DNA from: an uncultured virus (IMG/VR IMGVR_UViG_3300023202_000179)
Taxonomy: Duplodnaviria; Heunggongvirae; Uroviricota; Caudoviricetes
Direction: 5' to 3' (one strand)
DNA length: 64,000 nt
Virus record (IMG/VR): IMGVR_UViG_3300023202_000179
The notes beneath the pieces were generated by a model, which saw only the letters and a list, made by a program, of their open reading frames with translations, was not told where the DNA came from and searched no databases. Positions 30,152-39,830 of this stretch are shown here, piece after piece. The position numbers and the translations under genes were made by a program. The stretch's first letter is position 1; every line of letters starts with the position of its first letter.

Positions 30152-31720
30152 TTGATCACCGCTGAAGCCGCTAAAGAACTCGACCTACCAACGGTCAGCC
30201 CCTCTCAGATCAAGACGTGGCGTGATTGCCCGCGCAAGTGGGGGTTTGAGAAGCTCGACGGGCTGCGCGGCGACCCCGGCCAAGGCGCCATCATCGGCGG
30301 TGCGGTACACAAAGTGCTCGAAGCATATTTTCGTGGCGAACCGCTGCCGAACTATAGCCAGCGTGTGTTGAAAATCGCGCGAGCGATGATTGACCACTAC
30401 ACCATGCGCGGGTGGACAGCACCGCTCCCCGGGAGTTGCATCGAGCGCGAGTTCTGGCTATTGCGCGATGGGTGGCTGTACCACGGTCTCAAGGACATCA
30501 ACATCCGGCGCGCCGGTCGGCGTTTGATCGTCGATCACAAGACGAGTAGCAACCCACGTAAGTACGGCCTCACGGATGCAACGCTACCTCACGACGAGCA
30601 AGCGCTCATCTACGCCATCGACGATCTTGAGTCTTTCGATTTGAGAGAAGTCGATTTAGAGTGGACCTACGCCCGTAACAAGGGAGCACCGGCACCATAC
30701 ACGGTGAGTTGCACCTTGCATCGCTCCTTCGTTGAGGATAAGATGGGGGCGATCGATGTCACCGCTCGCGATATTGTCCGCGCCCGTCGAGATGCGGAAC
30801 GGGCCATCAACCTCGAACCTGCAGGTCACTACCAGCCGCCAGATAAGAGCGCTTGTGGCAAGTACGGCGGCTGCCCTTTCATCCAGTTCTGCCCCCGCCG
30901 GATTTTAGTCACTGACCTACTTCCACCAGACGACGACGAAAACGACATTCAACAGGAACAAGACATGTCAGCACTCGACCAACTGAAGAAGAAAATCAAG
31001 AAGGCTCCCCCCAGGAAGGAGGATCTAGAAAAAACCGGGCAGGCGAAGCCGGCCACCGCTCGCAAACTTAAGAGGGAAAAGCCCGCGGATCCCAAGGACT
31101 CCAAAAAGAAGCGCTCCGCGCTGTCTCTGGTCAAGGGTGACAAGAAATCTGGACGAGACCCCCAAGAAGTCCTCGACAAGTACGACCAGATCGAACAGGA
31201 GAGCGAAGACTCCGCTATCGAGACCAAGGCGCCGCAGGTCAACGCTCCAGAGGTCGACAACGGCAACAACAACGACGAGTTGGTTGCCGCGAGTGAATCG
31301 GCGATCATGGAGACCGAAGGTGGCAAGCCAATTCTCGACAAGGAGGAGCTGCGGCGCCAGGCCGAAGAGATTGCAGCGAAGAATGCCGGGAAGGCCGAAC
31401 CGTTGGACGCTGCGGCGGTCATGAAACGTTTGTACGCAACCGAAGACAAGTTACTGCGGTTGTCGGTAAAACGCTCAAACGACAGCGGCGTATATGTGCA
31501 AAACAAAACGTTGCAAACGCTTGAAGCCAACGGCAAGATCACATGGTTCAAGGATGGCCAGGTCGCGGTTGTCCAAGCCCCCGACGCGACCGAACGCCAT
31601 GGCGATGTGTGGCTGCAATGCCTCCAGGTCGCAGCGCAGTACACCGATGGCAACGACCGCGACGAGGTCATCGCCAACGCTTGCCACTTCTTTGAAGCAT
31701 ACCGCGAGCAGTTCGGTTGA
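30152..31720 (+). CDS. PD-(D/E)XK Cas4/RecB-like nuclease with long C-terminal extension
   Basis: SPSQIKTWRDCPRKW, GGAVHKVLE, IVDHKT, QALIYA, CGKYGGCPFIQFC (4-Cys cluster). Confidence 0.8.
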   Translation: MITAEAAKELDLPTVSPSQIKTWRDCPRKWGFEKLDGLRGDPGQGAIIGGAVHKVLEAYFRGEPLPNYSQRVLKIARAMIDHYTMRGWTAPLPGSCIEREFWLLRDGWLYHGLKDINIRRAGRRLIVDHKTSSNPRKYGLTDATLPHDEQALIYAIDDLESFDLREVDLEWTYARNKGAPAPYTVSCTLHRSFVEDKMGAIDVTARDIVRARRDAERAINLEPAGHYQPPDKSACGKYGGCPFIQFCPRRILVTDLLPPDDDENDIQQEQDMSALDQLKKKIKKAPPRKEDLEKTGQAKPATARKLKREKPADPKDSKKKRSALSLVKGDKKSGRDPQEVLDKYDQIEQESEDSAIETKAPQVNAPEVDNGNNNDELVAASESAIMETEGGKPILDKEELRRQAEEIAAKNAGKAEPLDAAAVMKRLYATEDKLLRLSVKRSNDSGVYVQNKTLQTLEANGKITWFKDGQVAVVQAPDATERHGDVWLQCLQVAAQYTDGNDRDEVIANACHFFEAYREQFG

Positions 31721-33378
31721 TCACTCCTGCTGACATCGACCCTTCCCCTGCGATGTCAGGGGAAGTTGAAGATAGCCGAGAACTCAAGCGCATCCTTGAC
31801 CTCCCTTGGCGTGCACCGCTGCGCCTGGATGTCGAGGAACTCTCAGATTTTCTCGGTAGCGATGGCAGCATGACTTTACGCCCTATACAAGCGGCCACGC
31901 TTGTACAGCTGTACGAAAATTACGGGTGTTTCGCCTCCATTCCCGTGTCAGGCGGGAAGACGCTTATTAGTTACCTGGCCCCCCGCATCATGGAGGCGAA
32001 GCACCCGATCATTCTTGTACCCGCCAAGCTACGGGAGAAAACAAAAAGAGATTTCCGATCGCTTGAGAAAGTGTGGGGTCCGGTCCAGGGTCTTACCGAC
32101 CGCCTTGACGAGGCTATTGTGAGCTACTGGGATCTCAGTAACCGAGTGGGCATCCTCGACGACCGAAACCCCGACTTGCTAGTGGCCGATGAAGTTCATC
32201 GACTTAAGAGCCGCAACGCCGCATGCACCCAGAGGTTTTTGTGGTGGCGCGAGAACAACATGGAGGTACCGCTATGTCTCATGAGCGGAACCGTGACTAG
32301 TCGATCACTCATGGACTTCAATCATCTTCTCGAAGCTGTTCTGGGGCGTCGCAGGATGCCACTACCGGCGTCATCGCTGGAGTGCGTACGGTGGGCACGG
32401 GCCGTCGACGAGAAAGTTGAGATTCGCTGCGCTCCGGGTGCTCTGCGCGCGTTCCTCCCGCGGCTTGAACAACCCCCAAAGATCAAAGACTACCGGCGAG
32501 CGGTAGGGGATCGAATCTTTGACTCCGAGGGCGTCATCCGCCAGTTTGCCGTCGATGTCTCCGCATCGATCTGTTTGGAGATCATCCGTCCACGTCTGCC
32601 GACTGCTGTGCGCACCCTCATGCAGGAGATGGAGCGAACCAAACTCGATGTCAACGGTGACCCCCTCACGGCTTCGGACATATGGCGTCATCGCAAGACG
32701 TTTGCGCTGGGCTTCCATCACCAGTGGGTGGAACCGGGGCCGGAACCGTGGCTCAAGGCCCGGCGTTCGTACCTCAAGCAGGTGAGGGAGATTTCAGAGC
32801 TACAGATTCGAGAGCTCGACACCGAGAAACGAATTCGGGTTGCCATCGAGCGCGGGGATTTCCCTTCAAAGCGTCTTGAGCGCTGGCTCGACATCAAGAA
32901 CACGTTCAAACCTAAGACCATCGCGGTGTGGCACACCGAGACCATCGTCGACGACATCATCAACCGGGCGCGACGGATGGGTAACGTGTGGATCTGGGTC
33001 GAGCACCAGCGCTTTGCCGCAAAGCTCGTCGAAAAGACCGGCTGGCCATACTTCCATAATAACGGTTTCTGCGGTAAGCAATACGTTGAAGATCACCGGT
33101 GTGGGCCGGCTATCGTCTCCATTAAAGCATGCAGAGAGGGACTCAACCTCCAACACTTCAACAAGAACATCGTCACGTATGTTGACCCGATGGGCGAGGT
33201 ATGGGAACAGAAGATCGGCCGCACACACCGCACAGGACAGGAAGCGGACGTGGTTGAGTTCATCGTGTACGCCAGTTACCAGGGCGACGACTTCGCGCAG
33301 GCGCTAGCCGATGCCAAGTACCAACAAGAGACGACCCGTCAACCTAAAAAGCTCCTCATGGCAGACATCATTCAGTAA
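31717..33378 (+). CDS. SF2 (SNF2/DEAD-like) helicase
   Basis: LRPIQ, SGGKT, ADEVH, MSGT, GLNLQ, EQKIGRTHRTGQ. Confidence 0.85.
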   Translation: MITPADIDPSPAMSGEVEDSRELKRILDLPWRAPLRLDVEELSDFLGSDGSMTLRPIQAATLVQLYENYGCFASIPVSGGKTLISYLAPRIMEAKHPIILVPAKLREKTKRDFRSLEKVWGPVQGLTDRLDEAIVSYWDLSNRVGILDDRNPDLLVADEVHRLKSRNAACTQRFLWWRENNMEVPLCLMSGTVTSRSLMDFNHLLEAVLGRRRMPLPASSLECVRWARAVDEKVEIRCAPGALRAFLPRLEQPPKIKDYRRAVGDRIFDSEGVIRQFAVDVSASICLEIIRPRLPTAVRTLMQEMERTKLDVNGDPLTASDIWRHRKTFALGFHHQWVEPGPEPWLKARRSYLKQVREISELQIRELDTEKRIRVAIERGDFPSKRLERWLDIKNTFKPKTIAVWHTETIVDDIINRARRMGNVWIWVEHQRFAAKLVEKTGWPYFHNNGFCGKQYVEDHRCGPAIVSIKACREGLNLQHFNKNIVTYVDPMGEVWEQKIGRTHRTGQEADVVEFIVYASYQGDDFAQALADAKYQQETTRQPKKLLMADIIQ

Positions 33379-33400
33379 AACACTCAACAAGGGGTACGAC

Positions 33401-34090
33401 ATGCCATACACATTCGAGATTGACGGGGAGGTTTTGAACAAACGCGAAATGATCTCGCGGGTACGCGAGATCATCCGTAAGAATATGACGACCGAGTCAG
33501 AGGCGACCTCGAAGCGGTGGGTACCGATATCTGAACCGGATGCGACGTTCCTTCAGAAAGCCTTCGGTAAATACCACAAAGGCGGTGACGATAGATACTT
33601 CACTGCCAAACCCTTTGCACGCAAAGGTAAATACAACGAAGTTGGGGTGGGCTTCGACGTCGAAGGCGAACTTCTTTCACCCTCGTTTTTGAAGTTCGGC
33701 CCACCAAATCACCGAGCCACCCTCCACAGCCGCCTCCGGTTAGCGGTGAAAAGCCAAACGGATAAGTATCGTTTATGGAATCCGAGATGCACTGTGTGTG
33801 GTGATATCGCTGATGATGTTGATCACTGTGGGGGCGGATTCAAAAATCTGGCCGATTCTTTCATAGCCCAGCACCCTGAGATCGAAAGTTTCTACGATCC
33901 ACATAGCGGGGTCGTGCAGCTTTGGGGGCGGGAAACAAACCTGCTCGGACACTGGCGACAGCAGCACAAAGAACATGCGCAGCTTCAATCACTTTGCAAG
34001 TTACACCACAAAATGAAAACCTACCCCAAAATAGAACAGAAACATTCAACAGAAACAGAACAGAAACACTCAACAAGGACACGAAGATAA
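33401..34090 (+). CDS. HNH-like endonuclease
   Basis: CTVCG...VDH...LQSLCKLHHKMKT. Confidence 0.6.
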   Translation: MPYTFEIDGEVLNKREMISRVREIIRKNMTTESEATSKRWVPISEPDATFLQKAFGKYHKGGDDRYFTAKPFARKGKYNEVGVGFDVEGELLSPSFLKFGPPNHRATLHSRLRLAVKSQTDKYRLWNPRCTVCGDIADDVDHCGGGFKNLADSFIAQHPEIESFYDPHSGVVQLWGRETNLLGHWRQQHKEHAQLQSLCKLHHKMKTYPKIEQKHSTETEQKHSTRTRR

Positions 34091-34575
34091 TGGAAGCAGT
34101 AGACACCAACATTCTCGACAGCGCTGACCACACCGACGTCGGAAGCCGCGGCACCTTCTTCAAGGACGGCAATCATCGATGCCGTGTCGAGGAGATCCGT
34201 GTGTGGCGCAGTGAGAACGACAACGCTCTTAAAAGCAAGCTCACCGCGACGTGCATTGAAACCGACAACTCCGATATGGAAGTCGGAAAGGAGTACGTTT
34301 GGCTCGCCAACCTCGACCGTAACTTCGGAAAGAAGTTCCCCGACCGCAACCGGCTCAAGAGCCTTATCGTGGCTTGCGTCGAACCGGTGTACAAGGAGAA
34401 CGGCGAAGAGCTCACGCCCGACAAGGTCAACGAGGTCTCTGGAGAGGTCATCGCTGATGCTGAGTTTCTCTACGGGTACGAGGTGATGGTCAAGGTCAAC
34501 GAGGGCGAGACCAAAGAAGGCAAGCCTTTCACCTACCACGAGTTCGGTCCGGTTAGCGCCGCCGCCGAGGACTAG
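34090..34575 (+). CDS. Putative single-stranded DNA-binding protein (DUF669-like)
   Basis: FFKDGNHRCRVEEI pattern, acidic, directly upstream of the polymerase. Confidence 0.5.
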   Translation: MEAVDTNILDSADHTDVGSRGTFFKDGNHRCRVEEIRVWRSENDNALKSKLTATCIETDNSDMEVGKEYVWLANLDRNFGKKFPDRNRLKSLIVACVEPVYKENGEELTPDKVNEVSGEVIADAEFLYGYEVMVKVNEGETKEGKPFTYHEFGPVSAAAED

Positions 34576-36588
34576 ATGAAAATCAAACCCGACATTGTTG
34601 GAAAGGACACTGAGACGTCCCTCATCATGCCGGGGGTGTTGGCGCCACCGCTCGTCTGCGCGACGTTCGCAGATGAGAGCGGTGGCGTCATCGCCAAACA
34701 CGACGATCCTGAGCTCATTCCATATACGTGCAGGACGCTCAAGGGTCGCACTGCAGGCGCCAACTTCCCTTTTGATGCAGCCGTCGACATCAAACATTCA
34801 CCCCGCCTTATCAAACCGACATTCGACGCTTTACACGAGGGCCGTGTTGTTGACATCCAGATGAACGAACGGCTGTGGGACCTCCAGCGGGGTGAGTACC
34901 GTTGGACAGAAGACGTGGAGGGTAATTGGTCGCGCAAGAGTTACTCTTTGGGCGCCATCGCGTGGCGCCGTTTACGCAAAGGGAAGGTCCACGACCGGCA
35001 TCGCCTCATCTATCACCGCTACCGCGACCTCGACCTCAAGGGCTGGCACGAGGATGCCAAGGTATATGCAACGTCGGATGCAGTCTTGCACCGCGAGATC
35101 GCGCTCCACCAGCGGGTCGAACACCCTGATCAAGCCCACCAGCTAAGGGGCCACATGGCGCTACATCTGGCAGCATGTCGAGGTTTCAGGACAGACAACA
35201 ACAACGTCATGAAGCTCTACCGCCAGTGCGAGCAGTGGATGAAACGCATCGAGCCGAACCTACGCGAGGCGGGATTGCTGAAGAAGAACGGCAAGCGCGA
35301 CACCAAAGCCGCGGTCCGTTTGATGGTCCAGAGCGCGGTGGAGCGCAAGAACATCGAAGGGCTGCACATCACCACTTCGGGGGAGGAGCAACTCATCGGT
35401 GAGTTCCGCGACAACTACGAAGGCTTCATCAAGCAGGCCCACGCGAAGGGTCAGTGGGTCTCCGTTTCGAGCGCGTCATGCTTGGAGAGCGGTAACCCCT
35501 TACTCATCCAGTACGGTGTCTATTCGAAGTTGTCGAACATGGTCAACGGTGCGGTCAAGCAACTTGAGGCCGGCACTTGGCTACCAATTCAGACGTACTT
35601 CGACCCGCTGATGGAGACGGGGCGCACGAGTTCTAGCGGCCCGAACATCCAGAACGTCCGCCGCGGTATCAACCTCGTCAACCCGTTCGACCTCGATCAG
35701 CAACTAAAGTTCCAACCTGACCCCCGCGAGTGTTTCGTTGCTCGGGAGGGTTACGTTTTGCTTGCGTGCGACTATCACGGGGCGGAGAACCACACGTTGG
35801 CGCAGTGCTGCTACAGCCTGTTCGGGTTCTCGAAGATGGCTGACGCTCTCAACCAGGGGAAGGACTTGCACATCTGGGTCGCGTCGTTCATTCTGGGTTG
35901 CGGGTACGATGAGGCGAAGGCCCGTTACCAGAACAAAGACCCCGAGGCCAAACGAGCACGGCAGTTGGCCAAGGTTGCAAACTTCGGTTTCCCTGGCGGT
36001 TGCGGCCCTGCCCGCCTAGTAGCGTTCGCGTTAAGCATGGGCGTCGACCTTGACTTCTTCACCGCTCAGGAACTCAAGAATACGTGGCTCGATGCGTACC
36101 CCGAGCTGCGCAAGTACTTCAACCACATCAGTTCGTGCGAGACTGATGACGGCTGGTACTACGTCAACCATGTCAACAGCCCTCGCGTGCGCGGCAAGGC
36201 TTCGTTCACTGCTGCGTGCAACAGCTACTTCCAAGGTTTGGCGTCTGACGGGGCGAAGGCGGCACTGTGGGAGGCCACCCGCCGGCAGTGGTGCAACCCT
36301 CAATCAGCTCTGTACGGAACTTACACTGTCAATTTCGTACACGATGAGATCATCCTTGAGTGCCCGGTCCGCAAACTCGAAGCCGCAGCTCGCGAACTCC
36401 AGCAAGTCATGGTAGAGTGCTTCAACCGCTACACGCCCGACGTGCCCGTGTCGACTTCCGCTGAAGCTGCACTGCACTGGAAGAAGGACATGGCTCCCGT
36501 GTTCGGAAGGTGCGACGAGCGTGGTGCGATCATTCCTGGAACTGAAGACGAGTTCTCCTGGCACGAAGGAGACAAGCTGGCGTCATGA
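34576..36588 (+). CDS. polA: Family A DNA polymerase with 3'-5' exonuclease
   Basis: DTET, TGRTSSSGPNIQN, motif A DYHGAE, motif B RQLAKVANFG, FQG, motif C VHDE. Confidence 0.92.
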   Translation: MKIKPDIVGKDTETSLIMPGVLAPPLVCATFADESGGVIAKHDDPELIPYTCRTLKGRTAGANFPFDAAVDIKHSPRLIKPTFDALHEGRVVDIQMNERLWDLQRGEYRWTEDVEGNWSRKSYSLGAIAWRRLRKGKVHDRHRLIYHRYRDLDLKGWHEDAKVYATSDAVLHREIALHQRVEHPDQAHQLRGHMALHLAACRGFRTDNNNVMKLYRQCEQWMKRIEPNLREAGLLKKNGKRDTKAAVRLMVQSAVERKNIEGLHITTSGEEQLIGEFRDNYEGFIKQAHAKGQWVSVSSASCLESGNPLLIQYGVYSKLSNMVNGAVKQLEAGTWLPIQTYFDPLMETGRTSSSGPNIQNVRRGINLVNPFDLDQQLKFQPDPRECFVAREGYVLLACDYHGAENHTLAQCCYSLFGFSKMADALNQGKDLHIWVASFILGCGYDEAKARYQNKDPEAKRARQLAKVANFGFPGGCGPARLVAFALSMGVDLDFFTAQELKNTWLDAYPELRKYFNHISSCETDDGWYYVNHVNSPRVRGKASFTAACNSYFQGLASDGAKAALWEATRRQWCNPQSALYGTYTVNFVHDEIILECPVRKLEAAARELQQVMVECFNRYTPDVPVSTSAEAALHWKKDMAPVFGRCDERGAIIPGTEDEFSWHEGDKLAS

Positions 36589-36698
36589 AGAAGGTTAGGA
36601 TGAAGATAACGAACATAACCGGATTGGTCCTAGTGATCATCATGGGATCTCTCGGGTGTCTCATCTGTTGGGGGTTCTAAGAATCAGAAGGAGAAGAT

Positions 36699-36983
36699 AT
36701 GTCATCGTCCGCCGCTGCGAGAATCAAAACCAAGTTCCAGAAGAACGGTCAAGAATCCAAGAAGAAGAAGACCGCTGCCAAGCCCACACCCGCTACGATG
36801 CCCAAGACGGCAGCGAAGCCCAAGACGGAAGCGAAGGCCCACATCCGGACCCCTGACCCTACCGAGCGCCATGCGGATGCTTGGCTACGGTGTTTGAAGA
36901 TGGCTTTGAGCGAGAAAGCCGAGGGATCTCCATACACCCTCGCTGACAAGTTCTTCGCCGAGTACAGGAAGCGGTTCCCCTGA
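36699..36983 (+). CDS. Basic protein sharing a C-terminal domain with 30152-31720
   Basis: PDPTERHADAWLRCL...FFAEYRKRFP vs PDATERHGDVWLQCL...FFEAYREQFG. Confidence 0.65.
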   Translation: MSSSAAARIKTKFQKNGQESKKKKTAAKPTPATMPKTAAKPKTEAKAHIRTPDPTERHADAWLRCLKMALSEKAEGSPYTLADKFFAEYRKRFP

Positions 36984-37206
36984 CATGCGTATCGAAATTC
37001 CAGAATCCGAAGAGGGACAGCGACTCAGACTGTGCGAAGTGGGGGACGTTGTCAGGACGGGCATGTTCGCAGGGATGGTGGTATCTAAGCCCGAAGTAGG
37101 AGGGAGCATGAAAGTTGTGGATCTATCAAACGGATTGATCTCGTCTTTTGGTCGGGAGACTTTCGTCATCCTTTACCCGAACGCGAAAGTAGTGCTGGAG
37201 AAGTGA

Positions 37207-37911
37207 GTGTCAACGCACAGTAGTCTTTACGGCGAAGGACATCTCAACGCTACTCGCACTCGCGAGTGCGTTGCGATGCCTGGGGTACGAGACCAGCGGG
37301 TGCAGACTCCCGATTGCATCATTCAAGCACTGTGGGATCTGTGGGAAAACGGCATCGCTTACGACCCCGCCCACTGCGAGGGGTCTTTGGTTAACGCGGA
37401 TGCGTGTACCAGCACCCGAGGTCTCATCGACCCGTGGCCGGATTTTACCTACTGCAACCCGCCGTACGGTCAGAGCCTCTTTGACCCGGAGAACGAAATG
37501 GAGACGCACCTCGCTGAACTGGAGATCCGAAACAAACGCAAAGCGGTACGAGACCACAACAAGGCGCACCCCAACGACAAACGCCCGATGCCGAAGTTCG
37601 CTCCCGGGATGCCGATCAAGAAGGCAGGGCTCAAGGACTGGCTACAGATGCAGACCGACTTGAGCCTTCCTCGCCGGGAGATCGTGATGCTGGTCCCCAA
37701 CAGAACCAACCGCCCCTGGTTCCGAAAGTGGCGGAGATACTGTGACGGTTTGGTCGAACTCAACCCCCTAGCGTTTAGGAAGTTCAACGGCAAGACCGGG
37801 AAGTGGGAGCAACAGAAGTCAGCTTTTCCTGCACCGCTTGTTCTCGGGTACACCGGAGTGGCGGTCGGACGGTTTCACCGAGCCTTCTCTCATCTGGGAG
37901 ATCCCGTATGA
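37207..37911 (+). CDS. Phage DNA N6-adenine methyltransferase (Dam-like)
   Basis: YDPA, YCNPPYG, VMLVPNRT..WF, SAFP. Confidence 0.8.
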   Translation: MSTHSSLYGEGHLNATRTRECVAMPGVRDQRVQTPDCIIQALWDLWENGIAYDPAHCEGSLVNADACTSTRGLIDPWPDFTYCNPPYGQSLFDPENEMETHLAELEIRNKRKAVRDHNKAHPNDKRPMPKFAPGMPIKKAGLKDWLQMQTDLSLPRREIVMLVPNRTNRPWFRKWRRYCDGLVELNPLAFRKFNGKTGKWEQQKSAFPAPLVLGYTGVAVGRFHRAFSHLGDPV

Positions 37912-38713
37912 CCTTGGGGCGAGGAAAAGCGAAACACATCCTTGAAGCTGAGAAGAAGGTTCGACGTGCGCTGGAAGTCGAAAGGTGGAACAGAAGTTGA
38001 ACGGAATCATTGCACACGGATCCTGCAAGATCACTCCTCCCGGAAAGCAGAGGTATGAACTCACATCCTTTGCCTCCTCGTATAGAACTGCCACCCAAGT
38101 CTATGCGGTAGCGTATTCCGAGTCTGACATGAGCCTCAATGTCAGGTTGCTTCTGAATGTCACAGTCAACGGCATGTTGGTGTTCCCGTGCCCGGTTGTC
38201 ACTGATATATTCAGTCAAGGTCCTGTTGATGTCCCATGCATCGAAATACGGGATCGAGGTTTCGTAGAGGCTCATATTGAAAGTAGCTCGAAAATCGGAG
38301 AACCCGTAGAGGTTCGGGTCTGGGTCTTCGGGAGCGATCGCCCTCCTAAACCCCCCCTGCGATACGAGACCCGCAGCTATTATAAATGAACTACCCTGAG
38401 GCAGCGCACTTGTTGGACTTCATCCACAAGCGCTCATTATCCTACTTGCTCCACGTCATCGAAGAGAAAGACGCGATCACGGAGTGGCAACTTCTCCGAG
38501 ACCTCGTCAATCAGATCAAAGTTGCCGAGAAGGAACCTATGACAACTAGACTAGAAGACCGAAATTTTCAGTGTGAATCCGGCAGCAACAAAGTCACCCT
38601 TGTCTTTGGGGGGAAGGTGCCGGTCCGTCGGACAATGTCCCTAGAGAAAGCCCGGATGCTAGCTCTCGCCCTTTTGCAGGCAGCAACGAGGGCAACGTGA
38701 AAGGATTTGATGT

Positions 38714-39418
38714 ATGCGCGCTATAGCGGGCAGTCTGTTCTCCCTTCTCGCCGTCGCGTGCGGGGACCCCCACACAGTTGAGATCAGGTTATTCACCGAC
38801 GACGACCCGTACCACCTTCTGGACCCGGACCCCGAGGTTCGAGCGTTACTCGACCAAGCTGGGGATCTTCTGCGGAGAAAGCTCGTTCCTGTCCGAAACG
38901 CTCCTATCGATATCGAGTTGGTCGACACCCGTGGCGGGTACGTGGGACGAGCATCGAAGCTAGGGCTGTGCCGGTACCATGCACGTTCGTCCTATGACTC
39001 TCAGGTCCTGGCTCACGAGCTTGCCCACGTCCTCGGTCTGGAGCACGTCAGCGAAGAAGATGACAGGGTTCGGTTCAACCTGATGCAGCCGGGGATTCGA
39101 GGTGTCGAGCTCACCGGGAACCAGTACGCCCGCATGGACAGGACATCTACCAAGATCGAACGCTGGTGTTGGGATAGCACGGAGCCCACGGAAAGGAGTT
39201 CCTCACGTGGAGAGACCTTATGCGAACTTGCTGGACCTCTTGTTGGAGATCAACCCGAGCGGGTTCGCTCTGAACAAACGCTGGGGGCCGGGGAAGCAAC
39301 TGAGCCGGGCGTGGTTCAACGACAAGAAGCTGCTACGGCAGGAGATGAAGCAGGAACGACGGGGCTACGCGAAGACGGAACCAGTACGGGCTGGTCTATT
39401 TTTTTCGAGTGGCTGTGA
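38714..39418 (+). CDS. Metzincin-like zinc metallopeptidase lipoprotein
   Basis: LAVAC lipobox; HELAHVLGLEH; Met-turn NLMQP. Confidence 0.75.
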   Translation: MRAIAGSLFSLLAVACGDPHTVEIRLFTDDDPYHLLDPDPEVRALLDQAGDLLRRKLVPVRNAPIDIELVDTRGGYVGRASKLGLCRYHARSSYDSQVLAHELAHVLGLEHVSEEDDRVRFNLMQPGIRGVELTGNQYARMDRTSTKIERWCWDSTEPTERSSSRGETLCELAGPLVGDQPERVRSEQTLGAGEATEPGVVQRQEAATAGDEAGTTGLREDGTSTGWSIFFEWL

Positions 39419-39608
39419 CATCGACGCCCCGCTCAAGGCGGTGTTCGATGCCGGACAAAAAGCGGTCTATGCTGACGACTCCCAGATCGAGGATGCCGTC
39501 TTGCACGTCGTGCGCGAAGACGAGCCCTGGATTTTGATCATGTTTGAATTCTTGTGCTCTCCGAGGGACAGTGCTATCGTGGCGCTGTACGAGGAGATGA
39601 ACGGATGA
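39207..39608 (+). CDS. rusA: RusA-like Holliday junction resolvase
   Basis: DIDAPLKAVFDA...VYADDSQI; AAAGGAG RBS before GTG 39207. Confidence 0.7.
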   Translation: MERPYANLLDLLLEINPSGFALNKRWGPGKQLSRAWFNDKKLLRQEMKQERRGYAKTEPVRAGLFFSSGCDIDAPLKAVFDAGQKAVYADDSQIEDAVLHVVREDEPWILIMFEFLCSPRDSAIVALYEEMNG

Positions 39609-39781
39609 CCCCTGAAGAAATGATTGACGGATTTCTCCTGACGGTGTCGGTAATTATCGTCATTGCAGGGGCAGTCGTAGGATTCTAATCCAAGGGGCGG
39701 AGCGTGCATGGTGTGCGGGGAGATCCCGTGACGACCTTTTGTTGGGGTGGCATGAAACACACGCTTCGCCCCTATTTTTCG

Positions 39782-39813
39782 CATCAACCTCCCGAACGAG
39801 TAGACGATCACAC
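39782..39813 (+). CRISPR. Orphan CRISPR repeat (last 32 of 36 nt, exact match)
   Basis: CATCAACCTCCCGAACGAGTAGACGATCACAC, ending 17 nt upstream of ATG 39831. Confidence 0.95.
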
Positions 39814-39830
39814 GCACAAGAAGAAAAACG

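Noticed and set aside
30152..30960. Bona fide cas4 of the CRISPR locus
   Set aside because: It sits in the replication operon, where Cas4-like PD-(D/E)XK nucleases are common; the link to adaptation is only speculative.
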